DNA of 64,000 bases. Source: an uncultured Planctomycetaceae bacterium. Lineage in GTDB: Bacteria; Planctomycetota; Planctomycetia; Pirellulales; PALSA-1355. A model generated the notes under the pieces. It was not told the DNA's origin and ran no database searches. It saw nothing but the letters and a program-made list of their open reading frames with translations. Of this stretch, positions 20,952-33,109 are shown piece by piece; position 1 is the stretch's first letter, and each line of letters opens with the position of its first letter. The DNA lies in assembly GCA_963785305.1 (NCBI GenBank), contig CAWAUV010000007.1, positions 896,001-960,000 of the forward strand. Direction: 5' to 3'. Both the position numbers and the translations under genes were made by a program.

Positions 20952-22287
20952 TTACTTCTCGGCGCCGGGCGCTTTTGTCACCTCGACCGTGAGGGCGCCG
21001 GCGTTGTCGGCGAGTTTGGCGGCAGAGTCATTGACGCGCAAATAGAGCGTGCCCGATCGCTTGGGCCGGAGCGTGCCGTCGCGTCCGACGACGATCGGCT
21101 CGACGAGCGGACTGGGCCCGGCGCCGGCTGGTAGCGACGCGTTCGCGAGACCGCTTGCTCCCGCGGAGTCGTCGCTGGCGGGCGTTTCGGGAACCACGGC
21201 CGCCAGCAACACGCCCAGCGGCTGGCCATGATAGTATTCGATCGTCACTCCGCCCGGCTCGCTCTCCCAAGGCTTTGCTCCGGCCGCCACTTGATAACGT
21301 CCCTGGGCGACGATGCGATACACGCCGCCGGCGGCGAGCTCAAGGCCGCTCGATTGCCAGCCGCGATCGGCCATGATCCGCGCCCGCGCTCCCTTGGCCG
21401 GCAGCGGTTTACCGGGAACAAAGTCGATCGCCATGCGCGCGAAGTCGTAGCCATGTTCGATATTCGCCACATAGAGTTGCCATTCCTCGCACACATGCGG
21501 CCAATCGGCCCCATAAAGCTTTTCGACGCGGGCATTGAAATCAGGCTCGCGAACCAGCGGTGGCAGCGCGAAAGCGATCGCAATAAGCCGGGTGCGAATC
21601 GAGAAAAAACGCCGCGGCCCAGCACCAGCCATAGGGCTCGTTTTCGAGATGCGCCTTGCGGTCGTAGGCCATTACCCGCGGAAGCGAAATCGCGTGGCCG
21701 GCGGCAAAGGCGTCTTGCACCATCTTGATGCGCCCCAGGCGGGGAACATCGGCCGCGGCCCGGGGAAAGACTTTGAGCGTGAGCCGACCCTCGGACCAAC
21801 GATGCGTGGCCAGCAGTTCCGCGATTCCCTCGGCATACCAGGGCGGCCCGAGCGAATCGAAGGCAAAGCCCATGAACGAATGCGTGCCTTCGTGCAGCAA
21901 GAGATGCCGGCGATAGTAATCGGACTTTTGCTCGTGGAGCCAGAGTTGCTCGCCTTGCGAATAGCCGTTCTTGAACTCGGGCACGCCCCGGGGCAAGAGA
22001 CCCGAGAACTCGAACGCCTCGCGCGATTGCATCAAGTAGCCGGTCACGCGCCACGCGGCGTATTTCTCCTTCGGCACATGGAAATACTCGCCCCACTGGG
22101 CGACCGCCCGGTCGAAGACTTCGGGCAGTTCGTCGACCTCCGCGCTGGGGGGCACATCGGTCAGCAATGTGAGATGGCGACCCGAGAGCTTGCGGATCGC
22201 GGCCTGGGCATCGCCGGCGTGCGCGAGCATTAGAAGAAAGACCGGCAGAAGCGCGAATTTCCGGCGGCCGGGGGCTCTGGCGATCAT
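20952..22287 (-). CDS. Secreted gluzincin-like metallopeptidase domain protein (frameshift near 21560)
   Basis: Signal peptide; LLLHEGTH...PPWYAEGIAE (HExxH...E); C-terminal beta-sandwich (ADRGWQSSG...LYLRVND..LADNAG). Confidence 0.75.
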
Positions 22288-22342
22288 GGCTGAGGGCGCC
22301 ACTCGAATGAATCGAACCCGAAACTTTGCAATGCAACCGAGA

Positions 22343-23790
22343 TTAGAGCGCGCGGCGGATGCGGCGAATCGGACGTCCGCCGCGGCCGAACATGGGCGTG
22401 GGCTTGGGCGCGGCGTCTTCGGCGGCCACGGTTCCATCGGTCGCGGCGTTCGCGGAATCGGCGGCTGCTTGCGTGGGCGAGCCCGCAGTTCCGACCGGGC
22501 GGCCCAACTTCGACTCGAAGCCGTGGACCTCGTGGCGTTTGAGGAGCTTGTCGATGCGAATTTCGATGCGCGTCAACTCGCCGCCTTCCTCGGGCGTGAC
22601 GAACGTGAAGGCGATGCCTTCCCGGCCCATGCGCCCGTGCGGCCGACACGATGGACATAATCGTCGCAGAACTGGGGGATATCGTAGTTGATGATGTGCG
22701 AGATGCTGCTGACATCAATGCCGCGTCCGACGACATCGGTGGCGACGAGCAATTGGATTTTTCCCTCGCGAAACGCGGCCATCACCCGATCGCGAGCGCT
22801 CTGCTGCAAGTCGCCATGAATGCACGCGGCCGAGGGATGCTTTTTCCCCAGCCGACGATGAATCTTATCGACGCCGCGCTTGGTGCGGCAAAAGATAATC
22901 GCCTGCCGCGGCTGCTGCTCGGCCAACAGGCGCTCAAGCAACTCGAACTTGCGATCGGCGTCGATCGAACAATAGAACTGCTCGATGGTGTCGACCGAGA
23001 TATCGCTTGGCGAAAAATTGAGCGATTCGGGATCGCGCATGTAGCTCCGCGCCAGCCGCTCGACCGGCGGCGGCACCGTGGCGCTGAGCAGGAGTGTCTG
23101 TCGATCGCGCGGGCAGCGACGCAGAATCTTTTCGATATCCGGACGAAAGCCGATATCGAGCATTCGGTCGGCCTCGTCGAGCACCACGATCTTGAGCTGA
23201 TCGAGCCGGAGCGTGTTGCGGCCAATGTGGTCGAGCACCCGCCCGGGAGTGCCGATCACGATCTCGGCGCCGCGTTCGAGCTTTTCGATCTGGCCGCGAA
23301 TCGGCTTGCCGCCGTAGACGGCCACCGCATGGATCTTGCGTCCGTGCGAGAGCTTCATTACTTCTTCGCGCACCTGCACCGCCAGCTCGCGAGTGGGCAC
23401 GAGCACCATCGCCTGGGGGCTGCCGCCACGCTTGTGCGGCTCGAGCCGCTCGATCACGGGAATCGCGAAAGCGGCGGTCTTGCCGGTGCCGGTGCGGGCT
23501 TGCCCCAATACGTCGCCGCCGGCGATCGCCTTGGGAATCAGGCCGGCCTGAATCGGCGTGGGCTGGGTGTATCCGGCTGCTTCGAGCGCGGACATCATGA
23601 TGGCCGAAAGGCCCAGATCGCCGAAGCCGGCGGTGGTCGACGCGACCGAATTCGGCGTGCCTCCGGACTCTTGGTCCGCGGCGGCAGGCGCCGCGGCGCC
23701 GTCGGCGGAATGCATCCGGTCGGCAGGTTTCAACGTGCTTGCGGAATCGAGAATGTTTGATTCAGGGACTTCCAACACCAATTCATCCAT
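22343..23790 (-). CDS. DEAD-box RNA helicase (frameshift near 22635)
   Basis: Q motif PTPIQ, ARTGTGKT, PTRELA, TPGR, DEAD, SAT, HRVGRTGR. Confidence 0.95.
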
Positions 23791-24007
23791 CAGGGAGGCG
23801 GACCCGCGCTTTCCGGCGACAAACGGCTCGCGAAGCATGCGCCGATGACAAACCCAAGTTGTCAGACCCATCGCGCTGCCGCAGAATACCGTTTCCTAAC
23901 GCTAACAGCTTCGCCCGGCCCGGTCAACCATCCGAGCCATCGTCCCGGGAAAAACGAATAAAATTTCCGCTTTCCCCAGGCGACGCGCCGGGGCCGCCCG
24001 CCCAGGC

Positions 24008-26008
24008 TCACTCACCGCGAGCGAATTTCCCCGCCGCGGCCGATTTCGCGGCTCGAGCGGCCAGAAACGTGGTCATTGGGAAGAATGTCTCGCGGCCATG
24101 CTCGTTCACGATCGGCTTGACGCCCAGTCGCTCTTCGAGCTCGCTTTCGATCTGTTTGCCGTAGTCCTCGTAGCCGGGCCGGAAGATTTGGATTCCCCCG
24201 AACCCGGCGGCGGCGATCGCCTCGAGTTGTTCGTCGAGCGGCAGCTCGGCGGTGCGCATCTGCCACTGTTCGCCCTCGCGGCCGCGCAAGGCGCCGCAGC
24301 TCCAGCGCAGCGTGTCGGAGTGCAAGTAATAGCGAATGGCGAAATAAGCATGGTGGTTCAACACCGCCGGACTCTCGGGGTAACGCGTGAACGGCAGTTG
24401 ATACACCATGGCTCCGGCCGGCGCCGCGGCCTCGATCTTTTGCGTGAAGCGGTGATCCTTGTGCCACTGGCGATGCAGATGGCCGTAGTCGGGTCGCATG
24501 GTGCGTGGGTATTGATCCCAGAGTGCGAATGCCACCATCGCCGCGATGCCGGTGACCACGAGCCGTCGCGAGCGCGGCCGGTCTTGCACTCGTCGCCAGA
24601 GCCGATCGACGAGCACCGCCACGCAAGCCAGCGAGAGAAACGAGAGAAAGATGCTGATCCGGTTGTAGCTGCGAATCTGCGCCGAGACGAGCATGCTGAA
24701 GATCATGCCGAATCCGCCCATGGTGCCCAAGAGCACCCCGAAAATATTCAACACGCTCAATCCCTCGAGCCACGGCCATGCCTTGCGCCGAGACAGCAAC
24801 ACGCCAAACAGCACGAAGAAGCCGAGATTGGCGACCAAGCCCTGCGCGGCCCAAGCCCCTTCGTTGCTACGCACGGTTTCGCCTTCGTAGCGCCAGCGGA
24901 GATCGGAGAGCGGCTTGATCTTGTGGTCGGGAATCGGCAGCACGCTGGCCGCGATCTTATAGCCAAACCATTCGGACTCTCGTGGCAATCGGGTGGCGAT
25001 ATCGGGATTGGCGCCGTGGCGAGCCTGAAAGATCAGCGTGGGCGCGAGATTGGCCAGCACCGCGATTCCGGTGAGCGACACCATGAGCCCCGCTCCGGCG
25101 AGCGGTCGCCAAGCCCGCTGTCGCAACCCGGCCGCGAGTCCCGCGACCAGTAAGAAATACTCGGCGAAAAACGCGTAATACACGCCGGCCGACGCCTGCA
25201 TCACGCAGATCGCCACGGCAAATAGCCAACTGAGCGGTTCGTCGGCAATCGCGCTGTCGTTGGCGCGATCCCAGGAGCCGGTTCGAGCGCCCGCATCGTC
25301 GCTCGCGATTCCTCGCCGCGGCGCTTGCTTGCCAAAGGGCCATGCGTATCCGCCCTCATACACGCGCAGCGCCAAGAGACACGACAGCGGCACGACATAG
25401 TAGCAGGCCAGGAAGTGATGTCCCGTGAGCCGGTAAAAATGATAAGGCAAAAAGGCATAGACCAAGCTGCAGGCCAAGGCCGGCACATAGCTGATCTTCA
25501 TCGCCCGCAGCGCCGCTTGGGCCCCGAGCGCGGCGAGCACATAGGTCGAGAGAATGAAGGCGTTGGTGACAAAGACGATGTTGTGCGAGAGCAGGCCGAA
25601 GAACTTCACGATCATGAAGTTCAGCGATTCGACCAGCGGATAGTCGTGCATTTGCTGGCCGTGGGGAGCGCCGAGCATTGGGTTGTCGAGATACCAGCCG
25701 AAGTCGAGCACCGCTTTCCACCAGACCTGCACCATGAGCCCGTCGTTGCCGTAGCTCAAGGGCGCGGTGAAGTCGGCTTGCCAGAGCCGCTCGATATAGA
25801 AGAGCAGCGCCAAGGTAAGCGTGGCCGTGAGCGAGTATTGCCCCAGGGCCACGAGCCAAGCGTGCTCGCGCGGACTGCTCGAAGCACGGGCAACGCCGCG
25901 CGCCGAGCGGCGCCGGCACGCTGATCCGGTCCCAAAGAGTTCTCGCGACTTGCACAGCCGAAAGCAGAAACATCGGTGGGGTCCCCTAGCAAGAGTCGGA
26001 TGGGTCAT
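24008..26008 (-). CDS. Polytopic membrane protein, putative GT-C-type glycosyltransferase
   Basis: About 12 hydrophobic segments, N-terminal loop YGNDG...LGAP, IRSYNR, C-terminal periplasmic domain; next to a GT2; start uncertain. Confidence 0.7.
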   Translation of the reverse strand: MTHPTLARGPHRCFCFRLCKSRELFGTGSACRRRSARGVARASSSPREHAWLVALGQYSLTATLTLALLFYIERLWQADFTAPLSYGNDGLMVQVWWKAVLDFGWYLDNPMLGAPHGQQMHDYPLVESLNFMIVKFFGLLSHNIVFVTNAFILSTYVLAALGAQAALRAMKISYVPALACSLVYAFLPYHFYRLTGHHFLACYYVVPLSCLLALRVYEGGYAWPFGKQAPRRGIASDDAGARTGSWDRANDSAIADEPLSWLFAVAICVMQASAGVYYAFFAEYFLLVAGLAAGLRQRAWRPLAGAGLMVSLTGIAVLANLAPTLIFQARHGANPDIATRLPRESEWFGYKIAASVLPIPDHKIKPLSDLRWRYEGETVRSNEGAWAAQGLVANLGFFVLFGVLLSRRKAWPWLEGLSVLNIFGVLLGTMGGFGMIFSMLVSAQIRSYNRISIFLSFLSLACVAVLVDRLWRRVQDRPRSRRLVVTGIAAMVAFALWDQYPRTMRPDYGHLHRQWHKDHRFTQKIEAAAPAGAMVYQLPFTRYPESPAVLNHHAYFAIRYYLHSDTLRWSCGALRGREGEQWQMRTAELPLDEQLEAIAAAGFGGIQIFRPGYEDYGKQIESELEERLGVKPIVNEHGRETFFPMTTFLAARAAKSAAAGKFARGE

Positions 26009-27119
26009 CGAACGGGAGATCGTGTCGGGCGGGGTTCGGGCGGATCGAGGCCACGGAACGCGCCATGCTGCTTCGCGACGGACCCGCGAGCGCGGCGCCC
26101 GCGAATTCGGGCAGGCGCGCCTCGGCCGATCGCGGCCTATCGCCGAGCGTCAAATCGTGGTCGAGGTCGAAATTCACTCGTCGCCGCTCGACCACCGCCG
26201 GACGTCGGCGCACTTGCGACTGAATCGCCATGAGGTATTCGCCCATGTAGCCCAGCACGAACAGAATCATGCCGGCGAAAAACACCACCGTGGCCAAGAG
26301 CGCGGGAATGCCGGGCCCGGTGAGCTCGCGAAAATAGAAAGCCGAGAGCCCCATGCTCGCCAAGCCGCCGCAAGCGCCGCCGACGGCCGTGAGCGTGCCG
26401 AAGAGCATGCACAATCGCAAGGGCGCCGAGGTCCAGGCGACGAGCCCATTGAGCGCCTGATCCAGCAAGGAGTAGAGGCGATTCTTCGAGACGCCCTTGC
26501 GGCGGGCTTTCCAAGCATGGGGAATGCCGATCGAACGAAACCCGCAATACGCGATCATGCCGCGCACATAGGGATAATAATCATCGAACCGCGAAAGCGC
26601 CTCGACCACGGCGCGGTCGATCAGTTGAAACTCGCTCACCTGCGGCGCCATGCGCACACTGCCGAGCCGGCTGACCGCTTGGTAGTACACATGGCGCGCC
26701 AGCCGCAGTAACCGGCCCTCCTCGCGCTCGGCGCGAATGCCATGCACGATGTCGTAGCCCTGCTCCCAGCGGGCGACGAAGTCGACGATCAACTCCGGCG
26801 GATCTTGCAGATCGGCCGCCAACAGCACCACGACCGCGTCGCCCGAGGTGGCCATGAGTCCGTTGTACATCGAGCGAAATACGCCGAAATTGCCGGCATG
26901 GAGAATCAGCTTCACATCGGGATCGTCGGCGGCGACGCGCTCGAGCACGGCGGCCGTGGAGTCGGTCGAAGCATTGTCGCAGAAGATGTGCTCGCGATCG
27001 TAGCCGGCCAGTTCGGTGGCGAAGAGCTCGCGCACCGCCCGATGGCAGTCCACGACGTTCTCTTCTTCGTTGTAGCAAGGCGTGACGATGCTAATGCGTT
27101 TGCGGCGCCGGGGAATCAT
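25986..27119 (-). CDS. GT2 polyprenol-phosphate glycosyltransferase (GtrB/ArnC-like)
   Basis: ISIVTPCYNEE, DNASTD, AADLQDPPE, two C-terminal TM helices ending GYMGEY. Confidence 0.93.
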   Translation of the reverse strand: MIPRRRKRISIVTPCYNEEENVVDCHRAVRELFATELAGYDREHIFCDNASTDSTAAVLERVAADDPDVKLILHAGNFGVFRSMYNGLMATSGDAVVVLLAADLQDPPELIVDFVARWEQGYDIVHGIRAEREEGRLLRLARHVYYQAVSRLGSVRMAPQVSEFQLIDRAVVEALSRFDDYYPYVRGMIAYCGFRSIGIPHAWKARRKGVSKNRLYSLLDQALNGLVAWTSAPLRLCMLFGTLTAVGGACGGLASMGLSAFYFRELTGPGIPALLATVVFFAGMILFVLGYMGEYLMAIQSQVRRRPAVVERRRVNFDLDHDLTLGDRPRSAEARLPEFAGAALAGPSRSSMARSVASIRPNPARHDLPFDDPSDSC

Positions 27120-27218
27120 GCGGAAGTTCCTTCCGTGAGCGGAGGCTCGTCGGGTACGGCGAATCGGAGTGTTTGTTTCTCGGAGGTCCTTGGACTCGGC
27201 GTCTCGATGCATGTCGCG

Positions 27219-29505
27219 TCAGTAAGCATGAAATCGGCCACGGGGACCGCCGCCGCGCGAGGCGAGAGTTGCCCGCTCGCGAAGCGCCGGCGAGGGACGA
27301 AAGCTCCAGACCGTGACGCTGCCATCGGAGCTCGTCCAAAATCGCTCGAGGCAGTCGCTCGGATGCGCGGCGAGTGGCAGGTAGGCATACTCGACCAAGT
27401 GCGTCGCGCCGGTCTCGAACATCGCCGCGGCAAACGACTCGGAATCGGTCGCTTGCCACACCGAGTCGATTCGCGCGAGCCGGGCTTTGTTTTTTTCGGT
27501 CGGTGGGCCGGTGATATGGCCATCGATCCGATATTCCAAGTAGGTCCGCCGACCGACCACGCCGCTATAGATGCAACCGAAAGGATTGTGGTGCGTGTTT
27601 TTCGAAAGCAGCACGGCGTCCGATGGCAGCTCGGCGTGCATAAAGCGCAGCGCCTCCCATTCGGCCGGAGACAATGTGGTGGTGTAGCAGGCGATCTTGC
27701 GCCTGCAGGTCGCTGATGCCCCGCGCTCGCTGCCAGCCACACGCCGCCACTACCACGGCGAGCCCCAGCACGGGCGCCATGAGCCTCGCTCCGGGCCATC
27801 CCGCGGCGGAGAGCCGTTCGACGACGCGCTCGGCCGGGCGATGCGCGATCTGCCAGAATCCGATCACCGCGACCGGCAGCACATACCAGCCGGTCATCAG
27901 CAGCATTTGTCCCCCCACCGAGTAGAAGTCGTACGTCGTGGCGATGCAGGTCGAGCCGACGACCGAGCCGATGGTCATCCACAGCACCATGCCGAAAAAG
28001 GCCCAGCTTTCGCCGCGCCAATTCATTGGACGACCCACGCACCACAACGCCGGCGCCAGCATCGTGAGCCCGATCATGTCGAGCATCACGAACATCGAGG
28101 CCGAGATCACTTGCCAACCGTGGCGAAACAGGAGCGGGCTCGCATGCTCGCGCAGCCACTCGCGCACCAGCTCCGCGCCCGGCCACGCTTGCAGATAGGG
28201 CACCGTGTGCATGATGTTCGTCGAGTGAATCAGCAGTTCGCAGGTCTCGGGGTAATAGAGCGGCAGCCGCATCTCGGCCACTTGCGCCCCGGCGGCGACA
28301 ATGCCGGCGAGACCGGCCCAGATCAAACGGCGATCGCGCGTGCGCAGCCAAGCGATAAAGAGCAGCAGCAACAGGTCGGGCAAGATCAACAGAAATGTTT
28401 GCACCCGAAACCGCAGCATCGCTCCGGCCATGAGCGCCGCCAACAGCGCCAAGGCGCCCAGCGGCTCGCGGCGCGAGAGATTGATCGAAATCCGCGAGAT
28501 CGCCAGCATCAGTCCAAACACGACCGGTAGGGCGCAGTACATTTGCGGACTGCAAATCACGGCGGCCTCGACATTGCTCGAGGCATGGGTATGCCAAGTG
28601 AAGTAGAAGTATCCGAGCCCATTGGGCAGGAGCGGCTCGAGCGGAATCGCCAGCAGGAAAGTCGTCGCCACGGCCATGTATCCCGCGGCTCGGCGATGCG
28701 TGACGCCTTCGACGATCGCGAAGATCAATAGGCACAAAAACAGCTCGACCGCCGTGAATTCATGGAGCGAAAGCGCCCGCAACATGTCGTCTTGCCCCGT
28801 GTAGCGGGCCACGAGCATCACGGTCAGATGCGAATACATGTGATAGGCGCGTTCCTTGATGCCGGCCCGCATCGACTGCTGCATGGCCGGCGTTTGCCGG
28901 GCCAGCTCGTAGCTTTGCGCGGTGAGATACGTGACGTCGCCGTGGGTGGCAAGCCGATGCGAGCCATCGGGCAGGGTCTCGAACGGGTGCTTGTAGCGCT
29001 CCGTGGCGAGCAGGCCGAGCGCGATGAGCAGGAGCAGCGTGGCATCGAGCCGGCGCCAAGCGCCGCCGAGTTTCGCGAGCAGCGCCGACCGGCCGGGCGA
29101 GTTTCGGGTGTCGGCGGCGGATTCAAGGTCGGCGGCCGTCTTGCGTCGCCATGCGATGGCCAACGAGCCGATCAGCAGGGCGGCCTGGGCGACATAAAAC
29201 ATCCGATCGAACCCCGGCGCCCACAGCGCGACCACGGCAAAGGCGCCATAGAGCGGCGTGGTCAACGCATAGCTGGCGGCCGCGGCCAACACCGCGCGAC
29301 TGAGCGGATCGTGAACCCGACCGCGAAGAACCAAGTAAACCACCGCGCCCGCCGGGGCCCACAGCGCCGTGAGACCCAGGCATGCGCGCGCCGCCTCGCC
29401 CGGGCCGACCTCGAGGTCGACCAGCGTGGTCCAAGCCAGGGCGGCCAGGGCAGCGGCCACGGCCACGACTTTGAACGCGCTTTGCAACGAGATGCATGGG
29501 GGCAT
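27219..29505 (-). CDS. Polytopic membrane protein, putative GT-C-type glycosyltransferase (frameshift near 27700)
   Basis: Many TM segments, HGDVTY and YHMYSH loop motifs, C-terminal soluble domain (EWEALRFM...SGVVGRRTYLE). Confidence 0.65.
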
Positions 29506-30049
29506 GAAACGTGGGCTTTCCGGGCAGTCGCGGGCGCCGGCGCCGTGAGGCATTTTCCGCATTGGAAGCACGAGCGCGGCTCACTTCGTCGCGAGCCACT
29601 TCGCGCCGTTTAGGCAATGCGCGCGACGCCTCGAAAAAGCGCCGCCGAGAAAAAACTCACGAACGCGGGACGTAACAGGTCGGACAAATCGCGGGGTTCG
29701 GTGGTTTGAATCGGCAGGAAGTTCGCGCGCTTGACGGCCATGTCGCCGGGCAAACGCGGGCGGGATCATAGGCTCGATGCCTGACCAGAGCAAGCTCGAT
29801 TCATGCCAGCTTGAGTTCCGGAGTTCCGGCGATCTGGGCGAGCCAAAAGAAATGCGACGGATCGCAAGCCTGGGGCCTATCACTGGCTGGGTTAGCGAGG
29901 GCTTCCGTGATTCGCTCGGCGCAAAACGGTCTGGGCCGCTCGCCCTAGACCGGAAGAGCCAAGATTATCCGGGCTCCCCAACCCCATCCGTGGCTAATTG
30001 TCGGCCATATAGAATTCGTAACCAATTGAAGTATAACGATTTAAGGAAT

Positions 30050-30115
30050 TTGTCCAATCAATGTTGACAAATCGCATAATAATGACGAATATAATCAACA
30101 TGGTGATGTTTATTT
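30050..30115 (+). promoter_or_regulatory. AT-rich promoter/operator region of the sulfate operon
   Basis: TTGACA (30064-69) and TATAAT (30090-95; 20 bp spacer, non-optimal); palindrome AACAT-N4-ATGTT (30097-30110). Confidence 0.5.
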
Positions 30116-30141
30116 GAAGGGTCGAAGTCGGAGGCATTCAC

Positions 30142-31167
30142 ATGCATACGAACGTTAGCCAGTTTCTATTCGCGGCGATTCTCGCAACCAGCGTCATCCC
30201 AGCGACGGCGGTGTTCGGCGCCGACGGTCCCCCCCGGACTGTCGAATTGCTCAATGCGTCGTATGATCCAACACGCGAATTGTGGAAAGCGCTCAACAGC
30301 CAATTCCAAAAAGAATATGAGCGCGAGACCGGCGTTCGCGTGACCATCAAGCAGTCGCATGGCGGCTCTTCGAGTCAGGCCCGGAGCGTGGCCGAGGGAC
30401 TCAAGGCCGACGTGGTGACGCTCGCGTTGCCGACCGACACGGAGACCGTGCGCCGCGCCGGCTTGATTCAAGACGGATGGCAGTCGCGTTTGCCCAACGA
30501 TTCGCTCCCCTATTTCAGCACGATTGTGTTCGTGGTTCGGGCCGGTAATCCGAAACATGTGAAAGACTGGCCTGACTTGGTTCGCTCGGATATCGAGGTG
30601 ATCACGCCGTCGCCAAAGACTTCGGGCAATGGCAAGCTCAGTTTTCTTGCCGCTTGGGGTAGCGTGACGCAACGCGGAGGCTCCGAAGCCCAGGCGCGAG
30701 CCTATGTCACCGAGTTGTATCGCCGTGTTCCCGTGCTCGACACGGCGGCGCGCGGCTCGACGGCCACATTTGCCCAGAAAGGAATCGGCGATGTGCATCT
30801 TACCTGGGAGAACGAGGCGTGCCTTGAAGTCGGCGAGTCGAAAGGCGAGTTGGAAATCGTTTACCCGCCGATCAGCATCCTCGCCGAGCCTCGCGTCGCG
30901 GTCGTCGATCGTGTCGTGGATCAAAAGGGAACTCGCAAAGTGGCCGAAGCCTATTTGAAATGGCTGTACACTGAAGCGGCCCAAACGACGATCGCGGAGC
31001 ACTACTACCGTCCTTCGAATCCGGCGGTGCTAAAGGCCCATGCGAAGAATTTTCCCGCGATCCAATTTTTCGCCGTCACTCAAATTTCCAAGGGCTGGGA
31101 CGACGCCATCCAGCGCTTCTTTAGCGAAGGCGCCGCGTTTGACCAGATCTTCGACGCTAGTCGCTGA
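30142..31167 (+). CDS. sbp: Sulfate/thiosulfate ABC transporter binding protein
   Basis: LLNASYDPTREL, QSHGGSSSQA, PKTSG, GIGDVHLTWENEA. Confidence 0.95.
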   Translation: MHTNVSQFLFAAILATSVIPATAVFGADGPPRTVELLNASYDPTRELWKALNSQFQKEYERETGVRVTIKQSHGGSSSQARSVAEGLKADVVTLALPTDTETVRRAGLIQDGWQSRLPNDSLPYFSTIVFVVRAGNPKHVKDWPDLVRSDIEVITPSPKTSGNGKLSFLAAWGSVTQRGGSEAQARAYVTELYRRVPVLDTAARGSTATFAQKGIGDVHLTWENEACLEVGESKGELEIVYPPISILAEPRVAVVDRVVDQKGTRKVAEAYLKWLYTEAAQTTIAEHYYRPSNPAVLKAHAKNFPAIQFFAVTQISKGWDDAIQRFFSEGAAFDQIFDASR

Positions 31168-31304
31168 GATCGGCGAACAGCTCGTTGCGATCGGGATGGT
31201 GACGCGCTCGATGAGTCGCGCTCCGCGTTTCGCGCGAGTTGATGGTCGCGGTTCCAGTGCGTTGTCGATCTGAAAATGGAAAATCAATCAGGAAACAACA
31301 CGCG

Positions 31305-32130
31305 ATGAGCAAACGCAATCGACGCATATTGCCCGGTTTCGGGCTTAGCTTGGGCTATACGCTCTTGTACTTCGGTCTCATCGGTCTGATGCCGCTGGCC
31401 GCCTGCGCGCTGAAGGCGGCGTCGCTTACGCCCCATGAGTTTTGGCAAGCGGTATCGAGCAAACGGGCCGTGGCTGCTTATATATTCACGGTCAAATCGG
31501 CGTTCATCGCGTCGCTCGCCAGCGTGGCTTTGGGACTATTGATCGCGTGGTCGCTCACGCGTTACGAGTTTCCTCTCAAGCGAGTTTTCGATTCGCTCGT
31601 CGATCTGCCGTTCGCGCTGCCGACGGCGGTGGCCGGGCTGGTCTACTCCCAGATTTACGCTCCCAAGGGGTGGATCGGGCAATTTCTGACGCCGCTGGGC
31701 GTCAAAGTGGCGTATACCCCCTACGCCGTATGGCTGGTGCTGACTTTCCTGGGGATTCCCTTCGTGGTTCGATCGCTGCAACCGGTGCTCGAGGCGCTCG
31801 ACGCCGATGTGGAGGAGGCGGCGCACTTGCTGGGCGCCAATCGGTGGCAGACGTTTTACCGCGTGCTGCTCCCCGCGATTCTTCCCGCGATGATCACGGG
31901 TTTCGCCCTTTCCCTGGCCCGCGCTGGGAGAATACGGATCGGTGGTGTTCGTTTCGGGAAATTTCCCCTTCAAGACGGAGATCGCGGCCGTTTTGATCGC
32001 CGCTCGCCTGGAAGAGAACAAGTATCCCGAGGCGACTGCCATCGCCATGGTCCTGTTGGCGATTTCGCTTTCGCTGCTGTTGGCGATCAATCTGCTTGAG
32101 CGATGGAGTAAACGCTCCCAGGCGGTGTGA
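31305..32130 (+). CDS. cysT: Sulfate ABC transporter permease CysT (frameshift near 31922)
   Basis: ILPGFGLSLG, DLPFALPTAVAG, PFVVRSLQPVL, EEAA, ARALGEYGSVVF. Confidence 0.93.
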
Positions 32131-32191
32131 TGTTTTCTTCGACGCGCGACGATTTCGCGCCGATGAACCGACCACGCGATATTGAAAAGCC

Positions 32192-33109
32192 ATGCATCAA
32201 CCAAAACAAATCTTGAACCATGGCGCCGCCGGCCATGTATCGCCGACGCGCCGCGACCCCTGGTGGGTTCAATGGGGATTGATCGCGGCGACCGTGGGAA
32301 TAATCACGCTGCTGATCGTCGTGCCCGTGGCCTATGTGTTTTACGGCGCCCTGGCGGACGGGCTCCCGGCCTACTGGAGCAACTTGGCGGACGATTCCGA
32401 CACGCTGCACGCGATTGGTCTCACGTTGTTCGTGGCGCTCATTGCCGTGCTGGGCAACGTGGTGTTCGGCGTGGCGGCCGCCTGGGCGATCGCCCGGTTT
32501 CGTTTTCCCGGCAAGACCCTGCTGACGGCGTCGCTCGATTTGCCGTTTTCCGTCTCGCCGGTGATCGCGGGGTTGATGTTGCTGTTGCTGTTCGGCATGC
32601 AGGGCTATTGGGGTCCGTGGCTTGGCTCGCATGGAATCGAAATCGTGTTCGCCACGCCGGGGCTTATTTTGGCGACCGCCTTCGTCACGCTTCCGTTTGT
32701 CGTGCGCGAATTGCTCCCCGTGATGGAGACGATCGGACCCGAGGAAGAGATCGCCGCCGTCAGCCTGGGCGCGAGGCCGTGGCAACTGTTCTGGCGCGTG
32801 ACATTGCCCAATGTCAAATGGGGCCTGCTGTATGGAGTGATCTTATGCAACGCTCGCGCCATGGGGGAGTTTGGCGCGGTGCAAATGGTATCGGGACAAA
32901 TTCCGGGACGCACCCAGACGATGCCGCTTCGCATCGAACGACTCTACCAAGAATTCGGCAAAATGCCCGCGGCGTTCGCGGTCGCGTCGCTCTTGACCGC
33001 GCTGGCTTTGGTGACCTTGCTGGTCAAGGCGACGCTCGAGCGCAAAACACGTCGCGACCTGGCCGAAGCCGCCTCGCTTGCGCCCACCAACCAAGGAGAC
33101 GCGAAATGA
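32192..33109 (+). CDS. cysW: Sulfate ABC transporter permease CysW
   Basis: [39 protein letters not shown]. Confidence 0.95.
   Translation: MHQPKQILNHGAAGHVSPTRRDPWWVQWGLIAATVGIITLLIVVPVAYVFYGALADGLPAYWSNLADDSDTLHAIGLTLFVALIAVLGNVVFGVAAAWAIARFRFPGKTLLTASLDLPFSVSPVIAGLMLLLLFGMQGYWGPWLGSHGIEIVFATPGLILATAFVTLPFVVRELLPVMETIGPEEEIAAVSLGARPWQLFWRVTLPNVKWGLLYGVILCNARAMGEFGAVQMVSGQIPGRTQTMPLRIERLYQEFGKMPAAFAVASLLTALALVTLLVKATLERKTRRDLAEAASLAPTNQGDAK

Noticed and set aside
29580..30140. SAM riboswitch before the sulfate operon
   Set aside because: SAM-I core (ATC.AGAG...GCAACC...GTGC) not found
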